From contig CASFYR010000062.1 of assembly GCA_949298975.1 (NCBI GenBank), forward strand, positions 8 to 64,007: a DNA stretch of 64,000 bases. The letters run 5' to 3'. The position numbers and the translations under genes are program-made. This document shows positions 48,162 to 58,207 of this stretch, in pieces. Positions within the stretch are counted from its first letter, which is position 1. The number at the start of each line of letters is the position of its first letter. The notes below the pieces were generated by a model. It was not told the origin of the DNA and did not search any database. It saw nothing but the letters and a program-made list of their open reading frames with translations. This stretch comes from an uncultured Bacillota bacterium. Lineage in GTDB: Bacteria; Bacillota_I; Bacilli_A; Erysipelotrichales; Erysipelotrichaceae.

Positions 48162-50876
48162 ATGACCAGAATTATCAAAAGGGCAAATAGCCAAGATTTT
48201 AATCATGTTTATAACGGCGATGAACAAAAGATCGCCATCATGAAGCAAGAAGTGCTGCTTGCTTATTTTAACAGTAAACTGTGCGGTTTGGACGAAGAAA
48301 CGGTGGCGCAAAACCGGGCGCGGTTTGGGGCGAATATCATTGATCGCAAAAGGAGCAAAAGCGAAGGAAAGATCTTTATTGAAGCATTTCTTAATCCTTT
48401 TGTAATGATCTTATTGTTTTTAGCGGTTGTTTCGACGATCACCGATATCCTGATCCCGTTTTATGGTCTGTTTGGTAAGACGAGGGAAGATAGTGAGATC
48501 TTACAGACGCTGATTATTATCGGTATGGTTCTGATTTCTGTCGTTTTGCGTTTTATTCAGGATCTAAGAAGCCAAAAGGCCAGCGAAGCGCTGATGGCCA
48601 TGATCACAACGACAGCGACGGTTAAGCGATATCCAATCGGATATGTCGGAATTCCGTTTAGTGAAGTTGTTGTTGGTGATATCGTCAAATTGTCCGCCGG
48701 AGATATGGTTCCGGCAGATATTCGTATCATTGAAGCCAAAGATCTCTTTATCAACGAAGCCAGTCTGAGCGGCGAGAGTGAACCGGTTGAAAAAAATGCT
48801 GCATCAGCCACGGTTAAAACGGATGGTTTGACTTATACCAATATGGCGTATATGGGCAGCGATGTTGTTTCCGGAGCAGCGGTTGGTATTGTTGTCAATG
48901 TAGGGCGCAACACCATGTTTGGCTTAATGGCGAAAGATCTTGCCGAGCATCGGAAAGTAACTGATTTTGAAAAAGGTATCAGTAAGGTATCGTGGCTTTT
49001 GTTGCGTTTTATGGCAGTTATGATTCCTTTGGTCTTTATTATCAACGGGATAACCAAAAACGACTGGCTTTCGGCCTTGTTGTTTGCCATTTCGATCGGC
49101 GTCGGTCTGACCCCGGAGATGCTGCCGATGATCACAACGACCTGTCTGGCTAAAGGAGCGATCGCTATGAGCAAAGAAAAAGTGATCGTTAAACGCTTAG
49201 ACGCCATTCAGAATTTTGGATCGATGGATATATTATGCACCGATAAGACCGGAACGATCACACAGGATAAAGTAATGCTTGAATATCATCTGAATTTCAA
49301 AGGCCATGACGATGAAAGGGTGCTGTTTGACGCTTATTTGAACAGTCATTTTCAAACCGGATACAAGAACCTTATGGATCAGGCGATCGTTGCCAAAGCT
49401 TCCAAGTGCCGTTCTTTAAAGAAAATCGATCAATACCGAAAGATCGATGAACTACCGTTTGATTTTACCCGCCGTCGTTTGAGCGTGATTATTGCCGATG
49501 ATCGGCAGAAAACGATGATGATCACTAAAGGGGCGGCCGAAGAAATGCTGATGATCTGCCGCCAGGTAGAAGACGGGGATAAAGTTCGGCTATTGACGGA
49601 AAATGACCGGCAAAAGATTCTGAGCCGAGTTGACGAATTAAACGCAAAAGGCTTTCGGGTGCTTCTGGTTGCCAAAAAATATGGTGCTTTAATTGATCTT
49701 AAGGAAGAAGATATGATTATGAGCGGATTTCTGGCTTTTTTCGATCCGCCGAAAGCGAGCAGCCAGCAGGCGATCAGCGATCTAAAGAAGCACGGTGTCA
49801 AAGTCAAGATTCTGACTGGCGATAATGAAAAGGTAACCAAAACCATCTGTCAGCTCATTGATATGGATCAGGAAGGAATGCTGCTTGGCAGCGATATCGC
49901 TGAAATGAATGACGAGCAACTGCAAGAAGCGGTGGAAAAATGCGATATATTTGCCAAAGTTACACCGCTGCAGAAAGGAAGGATCACATCTCTTTTACGG
50001 CAAAACGGTCATGTAGTCGGGTTTTTGGGCGACGGCATCAATGATGCTTCGGCAATGAAACAGGCTGATATCGGCATATCGGTCGATACGGCAGCCGATA
50101 TTGCAAAAGAGTCAGCGGACATCATTATGCTGAAAAAGGATCTGACAGTATTGGAAGCCGGAATTATCGAAGGGCGGAAAACCTATATCAATATGATGAA
50201 ATATATCAAGATAACTGCGGCCAGCAACTTCGGCAATATGTTTTCCGTTTTGGCAGCTTCGGTCTTTTTACCTTTCCTGCCGATGATAAGCGTTCAGATC
50301 TTATTATTAAATCTGATCTACGATATCAGCTGTACCGCTATTCCCTGGGATAATGTTGATGCGGAAGATATCATCAAACCGCAGAAGTGGTCTTCAGACA
50401 GTGTTTTCTGGTTCATGATCTGTTTTGGGCCAATCAGTTCGATATTTGATTTTCTGACCTTCCTTTTCTTTTATTTTGGCCTTTGTCCGCTGTTTGTCAG
50501 CCACGGTGTCTTATTTCATGATTTAGCCCGGGCTTATAGCGATCAGCAGTTATTTATAGTAAGCAGCGCCTATATCGCCTTATTTCAAGCCGGTTGGTTC
50601 GTTCAGTCAATGTGGAGCCAGACCCTGATCGTTCATATTATCAGGACGGCTAAAAAACCGTTTATTGAAAGCCGGCCGGGAATTTCTTTGGGTGTTTTAT
50701 CACTTTTGGGTATCGCTGTTTTAACTTTGATCCCCTATACTTTCATCGGTGATGCCATCGGCCTGGCACCCTTACCGTTACTGTTCTTTATTTATCTTAT
50801 TCCCTGCACCCTGGTTTATATTCTGTCGGTAAGTTTGGTCAAAGGTCGTTACAGCCGCTGCCGTAAATTGCTTTAA
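48162..50876 (+). CDS. mgtA: Magnesium-importing P-type ATPase MgtA
   Basis: 904 aa. TGES-type SGESEP, CTDKTGTITQD, TGDN, GDGINDASAMKQAD and the MgtA-specific PFLPM..LLLLNLIYD..PWDNVD. AAGGAGG SD. Confidence 0.92.
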   Translation: MTRIIKRANSQDFNHVYNGDEQKIAIMKQEVLLAYFNSKLCGLDEETVAQNRARFGANIIDRKRSKSEGKIFIEAFLNPFVMILLFLAVVSTITDILIPFYGLFGKTREDSEILQTLIIIGMVLISVVLRFIQDLRSQKASEALMAMITTTATVKRYPIGYVGIPFSEVVVGDIVKLSAGDMVPADIRIIEAKDLFINEASLSGESEPVEKNAASATVKTDGLTYTNMAYMGSDVVSGAAVGIVVNVGRNTMFGLMAKDLAEHRKVTDFEKGISKVSWLLLRFMAVMIPLVFIINGITKNDWLSALLFAISIGVGLTPEMLPMITTTCLAKGAIAMSKEKVIVKRLDAIQNFGSMDILCTDKTGTITQDKVMLEYHLNFKGHDDERVLFDAYLNSHFQTGYKNLMDQAIVAKASKCRSLKKIDQYRKIDELPFDFTRRRLSVIIADDRQKTMMITKGAAEEMLMICRQVEDGDKVRLLTENDRQKILSRVDELNAKGFRVLLVAKKYGALIDLKEEDMIMSGFLAFFDPPKASSQQAISDLKKHGVKVKILTGDNEKVTKTICQLIDMDQEGMLLGSDIAEMNDEQLQEAVEKCDIFAKVTPLQKGRITSLLRQNGHVVGFLGDGINDASAMKQADIGISVDTAADIAKESADIIMLKKDLTVLEAGIIEGRKTYINMMKYIKITAASNFGNMFSVLAASVFLPFLPMISVQILLLNLIYDISCTAIPWDNVDAEDIIKPQKWSSDSVFWFMICFGPISSIFDFLTFLFFYFGLCPLFVSHGVLFHDLARAYSDQQLFIVSSAYIALFQAGWFVQSMWSQTLIVHIIRTAKKPFIESRPGISLGVLSLLGIAVLTLIPYTFIGDAIGLAPLPLLFFIYLIPCTLVYILSVSLVKGRYSRCRKLL

Positions 50877-50879
50877 CAA

Positions 50880-50908
50880 TTGCCAAGCAGCGATTATTAA
50901 ATTAATAT
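50880..50908 (+). promoter_or_regulatory. Promoter placing the TSS on the GH25 ATG (leaderless candidate)
   Basis: TTGCCA-N17-TAATAT. ATG 50915 lies 6 nt after the -10 and there is no SD. Confidence 0.45.
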
Positions 50909-50914
50909 ATTATT

Positions 50915-51727
50915 ATGAAAAGAAGGGCGGATCGTTATCAAAGACGAATGTATCTTTTGCTGTCGGCAATCATCGTCATACTGACCCTGTTGATATTAAG
51001 CAGGGATCTTTGGAAATACAGCTATAACAGAGAAAAGGCGCTTGATAATATTCCGCCGATCGATATGGAACCGAAAAACATAACCGGCGGACAGCTTAAA
51101 GAATATGAAGATGACAAGTATTATTCGCTAAATGGCATCGATCTTTCAGAACACCAGAGCAAAGTTGATTTTAATGTTATCAAAGAGCAAGGAATTGACT
51201 TTGTCTATCTTCGGGTCGGCTATCGCGGCTATAAGACCGGCAGTATTAATATAGACCGGAATTTTGAAAAGTTTTATGCCGAAGCTAAGGCGGCCAATCT
51301 GGCGGTCGGCGTATATTTTTTCTCTCAGGCCGTCAGCGTAGAGGAAGCAATCGATGAAGCATTGTTTGTCAAAGATCAGATAAAGGATAAGGAGATCGAT
51401 CTGCCGATTGCTTATGATTTGGAAGATATTGCCGGTGATGGCAGCCGGATCGACGATCTGACCTTGGCTATGCGCACGGAAAACGCAATGGCCTTTTGCG
51501 GCAAGATCGAAAATTTGGGTTATTCCGCCATGATTTATGCCAATCAGCATTGGTGCGAAACCTATTATCAGCTGGCTGATATTCTCAATTACCCTTTATG
51601 GCTGGCTCAGTATAACGATTATCCAACGGTTGATTATCCTTTTAAGATCTGGCAATATAGTGATGAAGGGCAGCTTGCAGGAGTTGATACCCGAGTTGAC
51701 CTTAATATGATGTTGGTGGAAAAATGA
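50915..51727 (+). CDS. GH25-family lysozyme (muramidase), membrane-anchored
   Basis: N-terminal TM, GIDLSEHQSKVDFNVIKEQGIDFVYLRVGYRG catalytic region, and C-terminal IWQYSDEG...GVDTRVDLN. Confidence 0.85.
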   Translation: MKRRADRYQRRMYLLLSAIIVILTLLILSRDLWKYSYNREKALDNIPPIDMEPKNITGGQLKEYEDDKYYSLNGIDLSEHQSKVDFNVIKEQGIDFVYLRVGYRGYKTGSINIDRNFEKFYAEAKAANLAVGVYFFSQAVSVEEAIDEALFVKDQIKDKEIDLPIAYDLEDIAGDGSRIDDLTLAMRTENAMAFCGKIENLGYSAMIYANQHWCETYYQLADILNYPLWLAQYNDYPTVDYPFKIWQYSDEGQLAGVDTRVDLNMMLVEK

Positions 51728-52146
51728 AATATTTAGTATTTGTGATTCTTATGTTTGCGATGATCGCTATCCTGATCATCATCAATTCCGCCAGACCGCT
51801 GGCACTTAAATACCGGCAGCTGGAGTCGGCTCATGCCGTATTATTCGGAACTTTTCGCCGCTGCCATGAATACTTGCTTAAGACCTATCCGGATCTGGAC
51901 ACTCGGGAATATCTGGATATTATCGAAAGTCAGGAGCTCAAAGACCGATTTGTGATGGAAATGGAAATCATCGCGTTTGACGATCAGGTCATCGCTTTTA
52001 AAAAGGAATTTCTTGCGTGTTATCAGGAATACCGGCAGATCTATGATCAATATCAAAAGATGATACAGGATCATCCATGTCTGGCCAAAATCTTGCATGG
52101 ATTGGAATATGAAGATTATCGGCTTAATCAAAACAATGGCGTTTAA
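51724..52146 (+). CDS. Hypothetical membrane-anchored protein
   Basis: 140 aa, N-terminal TM. Start overlaps the GH25 stop (ATGA). No recognisable motif. Confidence 0.4.
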   Translation: MKYLVFVILMFAMIAILIIINSARPLALKYRQLESAHAVLFGTFRRCHEYLLKTYPDLDTREYLDIIESQELKDRFVMEMEIIAFDDQVIAFKKEFLACYQEYRQIYDQYQKMIQDHPCLAKILHGLEYEDYRLNQNNGV

Positions 52147-52158
52147 CGCCATTGTTTT
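52130..52158. terminator. Bidirectional terminator embedding the stop codons of two convergent genes
   Basis: AAAACAATGGCG-tttaa-CGCCATTGTTTT (12 bp). The loop TTTAA holds TAA of the plus gene and TAA of smpB on the minus strand. Confidence 0.7.
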
Positions 52159-52589
52159 ATTGCTTTTTTCGCTTCCATTTCCATGGAGCGGATCTTGCTG
52201 TCTTCTCTTTTATCGTAAAGATCTTTGCCTTTAGCTAAAGCGATCTCCAATTTTGCCCTGCCGTCTTTAAGATAGAGCCTTAAAGGTATGACGGTAAAAC
52301 CCTGAAGTTTGGTCTTGTTATAGATTTTGATGATCTCGCTTTTATGCAAAAGCAGTTTTCTTTCTCTGGTTTCATCATGATTAAAGCGGTTGCCTTCTTT
52401 ATAAACGGCAATATGCATTCCTTTGATATACGCTTCATTATCAATAAAAGATACATACGAATCTTTTAATTGAACCTTGCCTTTGCGGATCGATTTGATC
52501 TCAGTTCCCAAAAGGCTCAGCCCCGCCTCATATTTATCAATAATGAAATAGTCGTGATATGCTTTTTTGTTGACCGTTATTTCTTTCAT
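52143..52589 (-). CDS. smpB: SsrA-binding protein SmpB
   Basis: NKKAYHDY and GTEIKS motifs. 148 aa. Follows rnr. Confidence 0.95.
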   Translation of the reverse strand: MKEITVNKKAYHDYFIIDKYEAGLSLLGTEIKSIRKGKVQLKDSYVSFIDNEAYIKGMHIAVYKEGNRFNHDETRERKLLLHKSEIIKIYNKTKLQGFTVIPLRLYLKDGRAKLEIALAKGKDLYDKREDSKIRSMEMEAKKAIKQWR

Positions 52590-52598
52590 ATCTGCTCC

Positions 52599-54605
52599 TT
52601 AAATTAAGCTAAAATCAATCGTCAGCCGGTTTAGATCGACCTGTTTGACCTTGATTTTTACTTTATCTAATAATTTATATTCTCTGGTATCATTATATAA
52701 TATTCCCCGTTTTTCATCATAACTAAAATATCCGTTCATACTATTGAGGTGAACGAGACCTTCGATCGTGTTATCAAGTCTGACGAAAAGACCGAAAGAA
52801 ACGACAGAAGTAATAATACCGCTATACTCATGACCGATTTTGTCTTTCATAAACTCACATTCTTTCAGATCGAGAATGTCCCGTTCAACTTCAACGGCCC
52901 GGCGTTCCTTCTTTGAACAGTCTTCAGCAATATCCTGATTGAAAGCAAGGTCGGTGTCATAATCGGTATAGTCGTGATCGATAAGGTATTTTTTGACCAT
53001 TCGATGAACGATAAGGTCGGGATAACGGCGGATCGGCGAGGTAAAGTGGCAATAGTAGGACAAGGAAAGACCATAATGCCCCCCGGCCATACTTTCGTAG
53101 CGAGCTTTTGCCATTGCGCGTAACAGTTTGTTGGCGACGATATATTCATAAGGAGTGTCGACAAAAGTGTTTAGGCAAGCCTTGAGCTGGGAGGGATAAA
53201 TGTTTTGTTTATCACCTTTAAAGACATAATCCAATTCACTCATATAGGCGACAAATTCAGCCAGCCGTTCGCTTTTGGGTTCGGGATGATTGCGGTAGAT
53301 CATTGGCAGTTCGAGATGATACATCGTTTCAGCTACGGTTTTATTGGCGGCGATCATAAAGTTTTCAATGATCTTTTCACTGGCTCCGGTTATCCGTGGA
53401 TGGATATCGATGACCTTATCGTTATTAATGACAACGACCGGTTCATTGTCTTCAAAATCAAGAGCCTGGCTTCCGGCGTCCAAAAGGTCCGATAATTCTT
53501 TCATCAGTTGCAGCATTGGTGTTAGCGCCTCATCGTTTGGTTGGTGCAGCATCTGGTTGGCAAGATTATAGGTCAGACGTTTCTTTGAACAAATGACCGA
53601 TCGGTAGATGTCGGAGCGGATGATCTCTCCCTGATGATCGATAAACATATCGACAGTCAGGGTCAGACGCTTTTCGCCCTCTTTCAGCGAACACAGATCG
53701 TCCGCCAGTACAAACGGCAGCATCGGCAACACTTTATTGGCATAATAAATTGAAGTTCCCCGTTTATAAGCCTCATTGTCAATAGCTGACCCGGGTTTAA
53801 CATAATGAGATACATCGGCAATATGTACTTTAAGCCGATAACCGTTATCTTCTTTAGTCAGGCTTATTGCGTCGTCAAAGTCTTTGGCGTCATCCCCGTC
53901 AATGGTTATGATTAATTCATCGGTAAGATCTTTCCGTTCCCGGGGATCTTTGATGGAGATATCGCTGTTTAAAAGCTTCGCTTCATTTTGAGCCGTTGAA
54001 GAGAATTCCAAAGGAACACCGGAACTGAAAAGAATGGATAATTCGCGGGTCTGAGCCGTCTTTTCATCGCCGATGATGCTTTCAACTTTAGCCAGTTTTT
54101 GTTCATAATCAGTTATTATTGCTCGAATCTTAGTGTTGTTTTTTAGATGAAAGCGGTCAAGATCGACGATCTTAAAATCCTTGAGGCTATAATCATCACT
54201 GTAAAAACGATTATGTTTTTTTATTGTCCGCACAGTACCGACGATGTATATGATCTCATGGTGCAGAATCTTAAGAATTTCAGCTTCATGCCGTTGATTT
54301 AAACGATAGATTACCTGATCATTATTTAAAAGAAAAGGTCCGTTTTTGCCAACCGGCATCTCCTCAATAAAGGCTGAACCGTTCCTTTTGATCCGCACCT
54401 CACCGATCATATATTCTTTCTCATCGATCAGATGATAGCGATCTTTATCATCGGTAAAAATAAGACCGTCGGTCTCCATTTGATTTAATAATTTAGTCAG
54501 GGCGATAAAATCACTGCCGGAAGCAGCGTTTGTGACGGAAACCAGTTCCTGAATATCGCCATCATTTTTTTCTGTTAATGCTTTGATGATCTGATTTTTA
54601 TCCAT
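52599..54605 (-). CDS. rnr: Ribonuclease R
   Basis: RNB-domain motifs (IDGDDAKDFDDA, HFTSPIRRYPDLIVHR) and a C-terminal S1 domain (GIITSVVSFGLFVRL). Confidence 0.95.
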   Translation of the reverse strand: MDKNQIIKALTEKNDGDIQELVSVTNAASGSDFIALTKLLNQMETDGLIFTDDKDRYHLIDEKEYMIGEVRIKRNGSAFIEEMPVGKNGPFLLNNDQVIYRLNQRHEAEILKILHHEIIYIVGTVRTIKKHNRFYSDDYSLKDFKIVDLDRFHLKNNTKIRAIITDYEQKLAKVESIIGDEKTAQTRELSILFSSGVPLEFSSTAQNEAKLLNSDISIKDPRERKDLTDELIITIDGDDAKDFDDAISLTKEDNGYRLKVHIADVSHYVKPGSAIDNEAYKRGTSIYYANKVLPMLPFVLADDLCSLKEGEKRLTLTVDMFIDHQGEIIRSDIYRSVICSKKRLTYNLANQMLHQPNDEALTPMLQLMKELSDLLDAGSQALDFEDNEPVVVINNDKVIDIHPRITGASEKIIENFMIAANKTVAETMYHLELPMIYRNHPEPKSERLAEFVAYMSELDYVFKGDKQNIYPSQLKACLNTFVDTPYEYIVANKLLRAMAKARYESMAGGHYGLSLSYYCHFTSPIRRYPDLIVHRMVKKYLIDHDYTDYDTDLAFNQDIAEDCSKKERRAVEVERDILDLKECEFMKDKIGHEYSGIITSVVSFGLFVRLDNTIEGLVHLNSMNGYFSYDEKRGILYNDTREYKLLDKVKIKVKQVDLNRLTIDFSLI

Positions 54606-54632
54606 GTAAAATAAAAAGGGCTTTTATTACCC

Positions 54633-54851
54633 TTACTCAACAATACGAATGATGATGACCAGTACAAAGAAGACGATCCCGGTAATCATTGTCAGATTGG
54701 AAACAATCTTTTCCGGACCTCTTTCTTTGACGTTGGTAAACAAACCCAGATCGCTTGAACCGGTAAAGGCGCTCAAGCCATCGGATTTTCCGCCTTGTAA
54801 TAAAGATAATACAATTAATATTCCAGCTACGATCAATAACAATATTTTCAT
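54633..54851 (-). CDS. secG: Preprotein translocase subunit SecG
   Basis: 72 aa, two TM segments flanking a G-rich loop (LLQGGKSDGLSAFTG). secG-rnr-smpB synteny. Confidence 0.85.
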   Translation of the reverse strand: MKILLLIVAGILIVLSLLQGGKSDGLSAFTGSSDLGLFTNVKERGPEKIVSNLTMITGIVFFVLVIIIRIVE

Positions 54852-55033
54852 ACATGTACCTCTGATTGCTTAATAATTTTACTAGTTTTACCGCTATAAG
54901 TCAAATAAAATCAAGGTATTTATTATTTGTTATAAATATTATTGTAAAGGTGAAACTATAGATGCTTTTTATTATTATGTACTATCATTATTGATGATGG
55001 TATAATCTTCCTATAAACAGGGGGGTAAACGGG

Positions 55034-56998
55034 ATGAAATATAAAGTGCTTATTATTAATTTTTTATCATTATTGATCGGGTTGCTTGGAGTAGAATTGA
55101 TCTTTCATTTGATCGCTTTTAACAGCGGTGATCTTATGACGCTGATCCGTATCTTTGTTTACAATTGTACTCTGTCTTTGATCCTGGGCTGTTTGCTGTC
55201 TTTTATTCCCCGAAAAATAACTAAATGGGTTATCATGGCGATCGTTTTGATTTTTGGCATCTATGGTTTTGTCGAACTGGAATTTAAGAATTTTCTGGAT
55301 AATTATTATTCTTTTGCCGCAGTATCGGACGGGGCCGGACGGGTTAATGAATATGTCCTTTATTTTATTCAGGACGCCAAGATCGAATATTATCTCTGTT
55401 TATTGCCGGCGGCAGGTTTGCTTGTTTTTAATCTGATATATCGCTATGACGATCGTTTGACACTACAACCTGTTCCGGCGATCATTGGTCTGGTTTTGAT
55501 AGTTCTTTATGCTTTGGCTAATTATAGTTTGACTACAATCGACGAAACGATCGACAAGACCTACCGCCGTTTCAACAATACCGAATTATTGTTAAATAAG
55601 ATCGGATTAAATCATTTTTTAGGCAGAGATCTTTTTGTTTTGGGCTTTGGCGCTGACAGTACGATCGAAATCAATACGATTGAAAATGAGCAGGACAAGC
55701 CAAAAGAGCCGAAAGACATTTACAGCCGTGAGATCGATGATGCCAAATGGCAGCAGGCCCGTGATGAGGAAGAAGACAAAGATATCAGAGCGATCGACAA
55801 TTATCTGATGAATCGCAAGATCGATAAGAAGAACGATCATACCGGTCAGTTTGCTGATAAAAACTTTATCTATTTTTTGGTTGAATCATTAGATTATATG
55901 GCGATCGATCCCGATCTGACCCCTAATCTTTATAAGATCATGAATGAAGGATATCATTTCAATAACCATTATACGCCGCGCTACTCCTGTACGACCGGCG
56001 AATCGGAGTTTATTGCCATGACTTCACTGGTCCCATATCTTGATGTATGCACACCGAATTATGTCTATGACAATACTTATCCAGAAGCGTTATCGATGCT
56101 GTTTAAAAATGATGGTTATGATACCTATTCTTTCCATAACTGGTATGACGAATTCTACGAACGGGATGCCGAACATAAATCATGGGGCATTGATGAGTAC
56201 TATGATGTTGGTGATCTTGGGATCAGATTGATCAACGGCTGGCAAAGCGATCTGACCTTGATTCAGAAAGCCTATCCGATCTTTACGCAAAGCGAGCGTT
56301 TTTTCAGTTTTGTCATCACCAGCTCCATGCACTTTCCTTACGATAAATATTCTTATTTGGGTGAAGTTTATTTTGATGAGATCAATAAGTATCATCCGGA
56401 ATATCCGACTGAGATCAAACGCTACTTGTCAAAGTCGATTGAATTTGACCGGTCGATCGGCTGGCTTTTGGCTGAGCTGGAAAAAGACGGCATACTGGAA
56501 GATACGGTCATCTGTATCTTCTCGGATCATCATCCGTTCCATCTGACTTATGATGCGATCATTTCTCACTCCGACAGCAGTTATGCTGACCGCAGCGGTC
56601 TTTATGGCAATGACAAGACACCGTTTATCATTTATCATGCCAAAACTAAAGCTAAGACGATTGAAAATGTATGTTCGACCTTTGATCAGGTTCCGACGAT
56701 TGCCAATTTATTCGATCTTAACTATGATCCGCGGCTATATTTTGGCAAAGATATCTTTTTGGATGAATCGTTGGTCATTTACCCAAATTCGGACTGGATC
56801 AGCAAAGAAGGAGTTTATTCCATCAGCAAGGATACCTTCTATCCGTTTGATGGTAATGAGCTAAGCGAGCGGGAAATAGCCAATAAACGGGCGGAAGTGG
56901 AAAATGCCTACAGTATTTCTTATGCGGTCATGGATCATGATTATTTTTCCTATCGGTCCTTTTTGGGCGATCCTTTATTGAAAGATAAAGAACAGTAA
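55034..56998 (+). CDS. LTA-synthase (LtaS) family protein, full-length 5-TM form
   Basis: 654 aa. N-terminal polytopic domain and an extracellular sulfatase-like domain (FLVESLDY, SSMHFPY, SDHHP). Confidence 0.8.
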   Translation: MKYKVLIINFLSLLIGLLGVELIFHLIAFNSGDLMTLIRIFVYNCTLSLILGCLLSFIPRKITKWVIMAIVLIFGIYGFVELEFKNFLDNYYSFAAVSDGAGRVNEYVLYFIQDAKIEYYLCLLPAAGLLVFNLIYRYDDRLTLQPVPAIIGLVLIVLYALANYSLTTIDETIDKTYRRFNNTELLLNKIGLNHFLGRDLFVLGFGADSTIEINTIENEQDKPKEPKDIYSREIDDAKWQQARDEEEDKDIRAIDNYLMNRKIDKKNDHTGQFADKNFIYFLVESLDYMAIDPDLTPNLYKIMNEGYHFNNHYTPRYSCTTGESEFIAMTSLVPYLDVCTPNYVYDNTYPEALSMLFKNDGYDTYSFHNWYDEFYERDAEHKSWGIDEYYDVGDLGIRLINGWQSDLTLIQKAYPIFTQSERFFSFVITSSMHFPYDKYSYLGEVYFDEINKYHPEYPTEIKRYLSKSIEFDRSIGWLLAELEKDGILEDTVICIFSDHHPFHLTYDAIISHSDSSYADRSGLYGNDKTPFIIYHAKTKAKTIENVCSTFDQVPTIANLFDLNYDPRLYFGKDIFLDESLVIYPNSDWISKEGVYSISKDTFYPFDGNELSEREIANKRAEVENAYSISYAVMDHDYFSYRSFLGDPLLKDKEQ

Positions 56999-57063
56999 TA
57001 TTTTCTTGGTATCATTCATAATAAATGGTAGAATAAAAATGCTATTACGTTAGGAGGTTTAAT

Positions 57064-58182
57064 ATGAAAAAGAAAAGACATATTCGACCGGAACGGTTAT
57101 TGGTTGTGATCTCGGCGGTGCTGTTTGTCGTATGTGTGGCTTATGGTTCTTTTTTATTTGTTGATATGAAATTGCATCAGACAAGCAACGGATACGAAAC
57201 GGTTTCGGCCTCATCGTTTATGACTCTTGGCTACAATGAAGACGAGGCGAGAGCCTTGAGTGAACTGGATCCGGAACTGCAGCATACTATTACGCAATAT
57301 CCGGTCAATGAAGTAAATTATGAATTGGCAGTCAGCGAGGGAATGAATAAAGATAATTTTGTCAGATGTCAGGATCTGCTGGCTAAATTCAGCAGTGCTG
57401 ATGCTCATGATCTTTTGACGATGTTAGATAAAAGAGGGACGGAAGAAGCGGACAATTTTTTCCAAAGCGATATGTACTATATTGCCGCCAATAAAGACCG
57501 TTATGAGAAAGCCAGCGCTTTATTCTATGAGGAAGAATACAGCAGTCAGGCGGCATATATCCGCGATATTGTCGAATATGTCAACTGTGAAGGCGATTTA
57601 CCGGATCTGGAAGATGTTAAAGATACAGATTTGAGCAAAGATCTTCTGATCTTGGTCAATAAGCATACTTCTTATGGTCAGAATCAACCGGAAGATCTGG
57701 TCGAGATCAAAAGCAGTTACGGCGGCGGTCAGATCAGGGACGATGTGATCGATGACCTCTATGCTCTGATCGATGCTATCCGCAGTGAAGACGGGCTTGA
57801 TCTATATGTGACCAGTCCTTACCGTTCCTATGATACGCAATATGATCTGTATTACAGCTATCTTGCTTCTTATGGCAGCGAATGGACAACTTTGCACAGT
57901 GCTTTCCCGGGTCATTCTGAACACCAGACCGGTCTAGCTTTGGATGTCGTATCGTATCCAGGACAAGCCTTAAGCGATTTTGTCGGAACGGCAGAAGCGG
58001 AATGGCTGGCGGAGCATGCTCATGAATACGGCTTCATAATTCGCTATCCGCAAGGAGAAGAATATGATACCGGCTATACTTATGAACCTTGGCATTTGCG
58101 CTACGTCGGTAAAAATACAGCGGAAGAGATCTATCGCAAAGGACTTTTGTTTGATGAATACTACGCATTCTTTATTGATTAA
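57064..58182 (+). CDS. M15B/VanY-family D-alanyl-D-alanine carboxypeptidase
   Basis: SPYRSY, GHSEHQTGLALD and EPWHLRYVG zinc-peptidase motifs. N-terminal TM. Confidence 0.85.
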   Translation: MKKKRHIRPERLLVVISAVLFVVCVAYGSFLFVDMKLHQTSNGYETVSASSFMTLGYNEDEARALSELDPELQHTITQYPVNEVNYELAVSEGMNKDNFVRCQDLLAKFSSADAHDLLTMLDKRGTEEADNFFQSDMYYIAANKDRYEKASALFYEEEYSSQAAYIRDIVEYVNCEGDLPDLEDVKDTDLSKDLLILVNKHTSYGQNQPEDLVEIKSSYGGGQIRDDVIDDLYALIDAIRSEDGLDLYVTSPYRSYDTQYDLYYSYLASYGSEWTTLHSAFPGHSEHQTGLALDVVSYPGQALSDFVGTAEAEWLAEHAHEYGFIIRYPQGEEYDTGYTYEPWHLRYVGKNTAEEIYRKGLLFDEYYAFFID

Positions 58183-58206
58183 AAACGGTATCTTTTGATA
58201 CCGTTT
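58183..58206. terminator. Bidirectional terminator between the peptidase and the convergent histidine kinase
   Basis: AAACGGTATC-tttt-GATACCGTTT, with A-rich and T-rich flanks. Confidence 0.75.
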
Positions 58207-58207
58207 G

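Noticed and set aside
47931-48311. 126-aa minus-strand ORF across the mgtA promoter/leader
   Set aside because: It is antisense to the wHTH 3' end, the promoter, the leader and the mgtA 5' end. It has no SD and a low-complexity translation, so it is an AT-rich-frame artefact.
51700-52143. tmRNA (ssrA) downstream of smpB
   Set aside because: The position is occupied by a converging 140-aa ORF. There is no GGGG...TTCGAC 5' end or tRNA-like ...TCCACCA 3' end.
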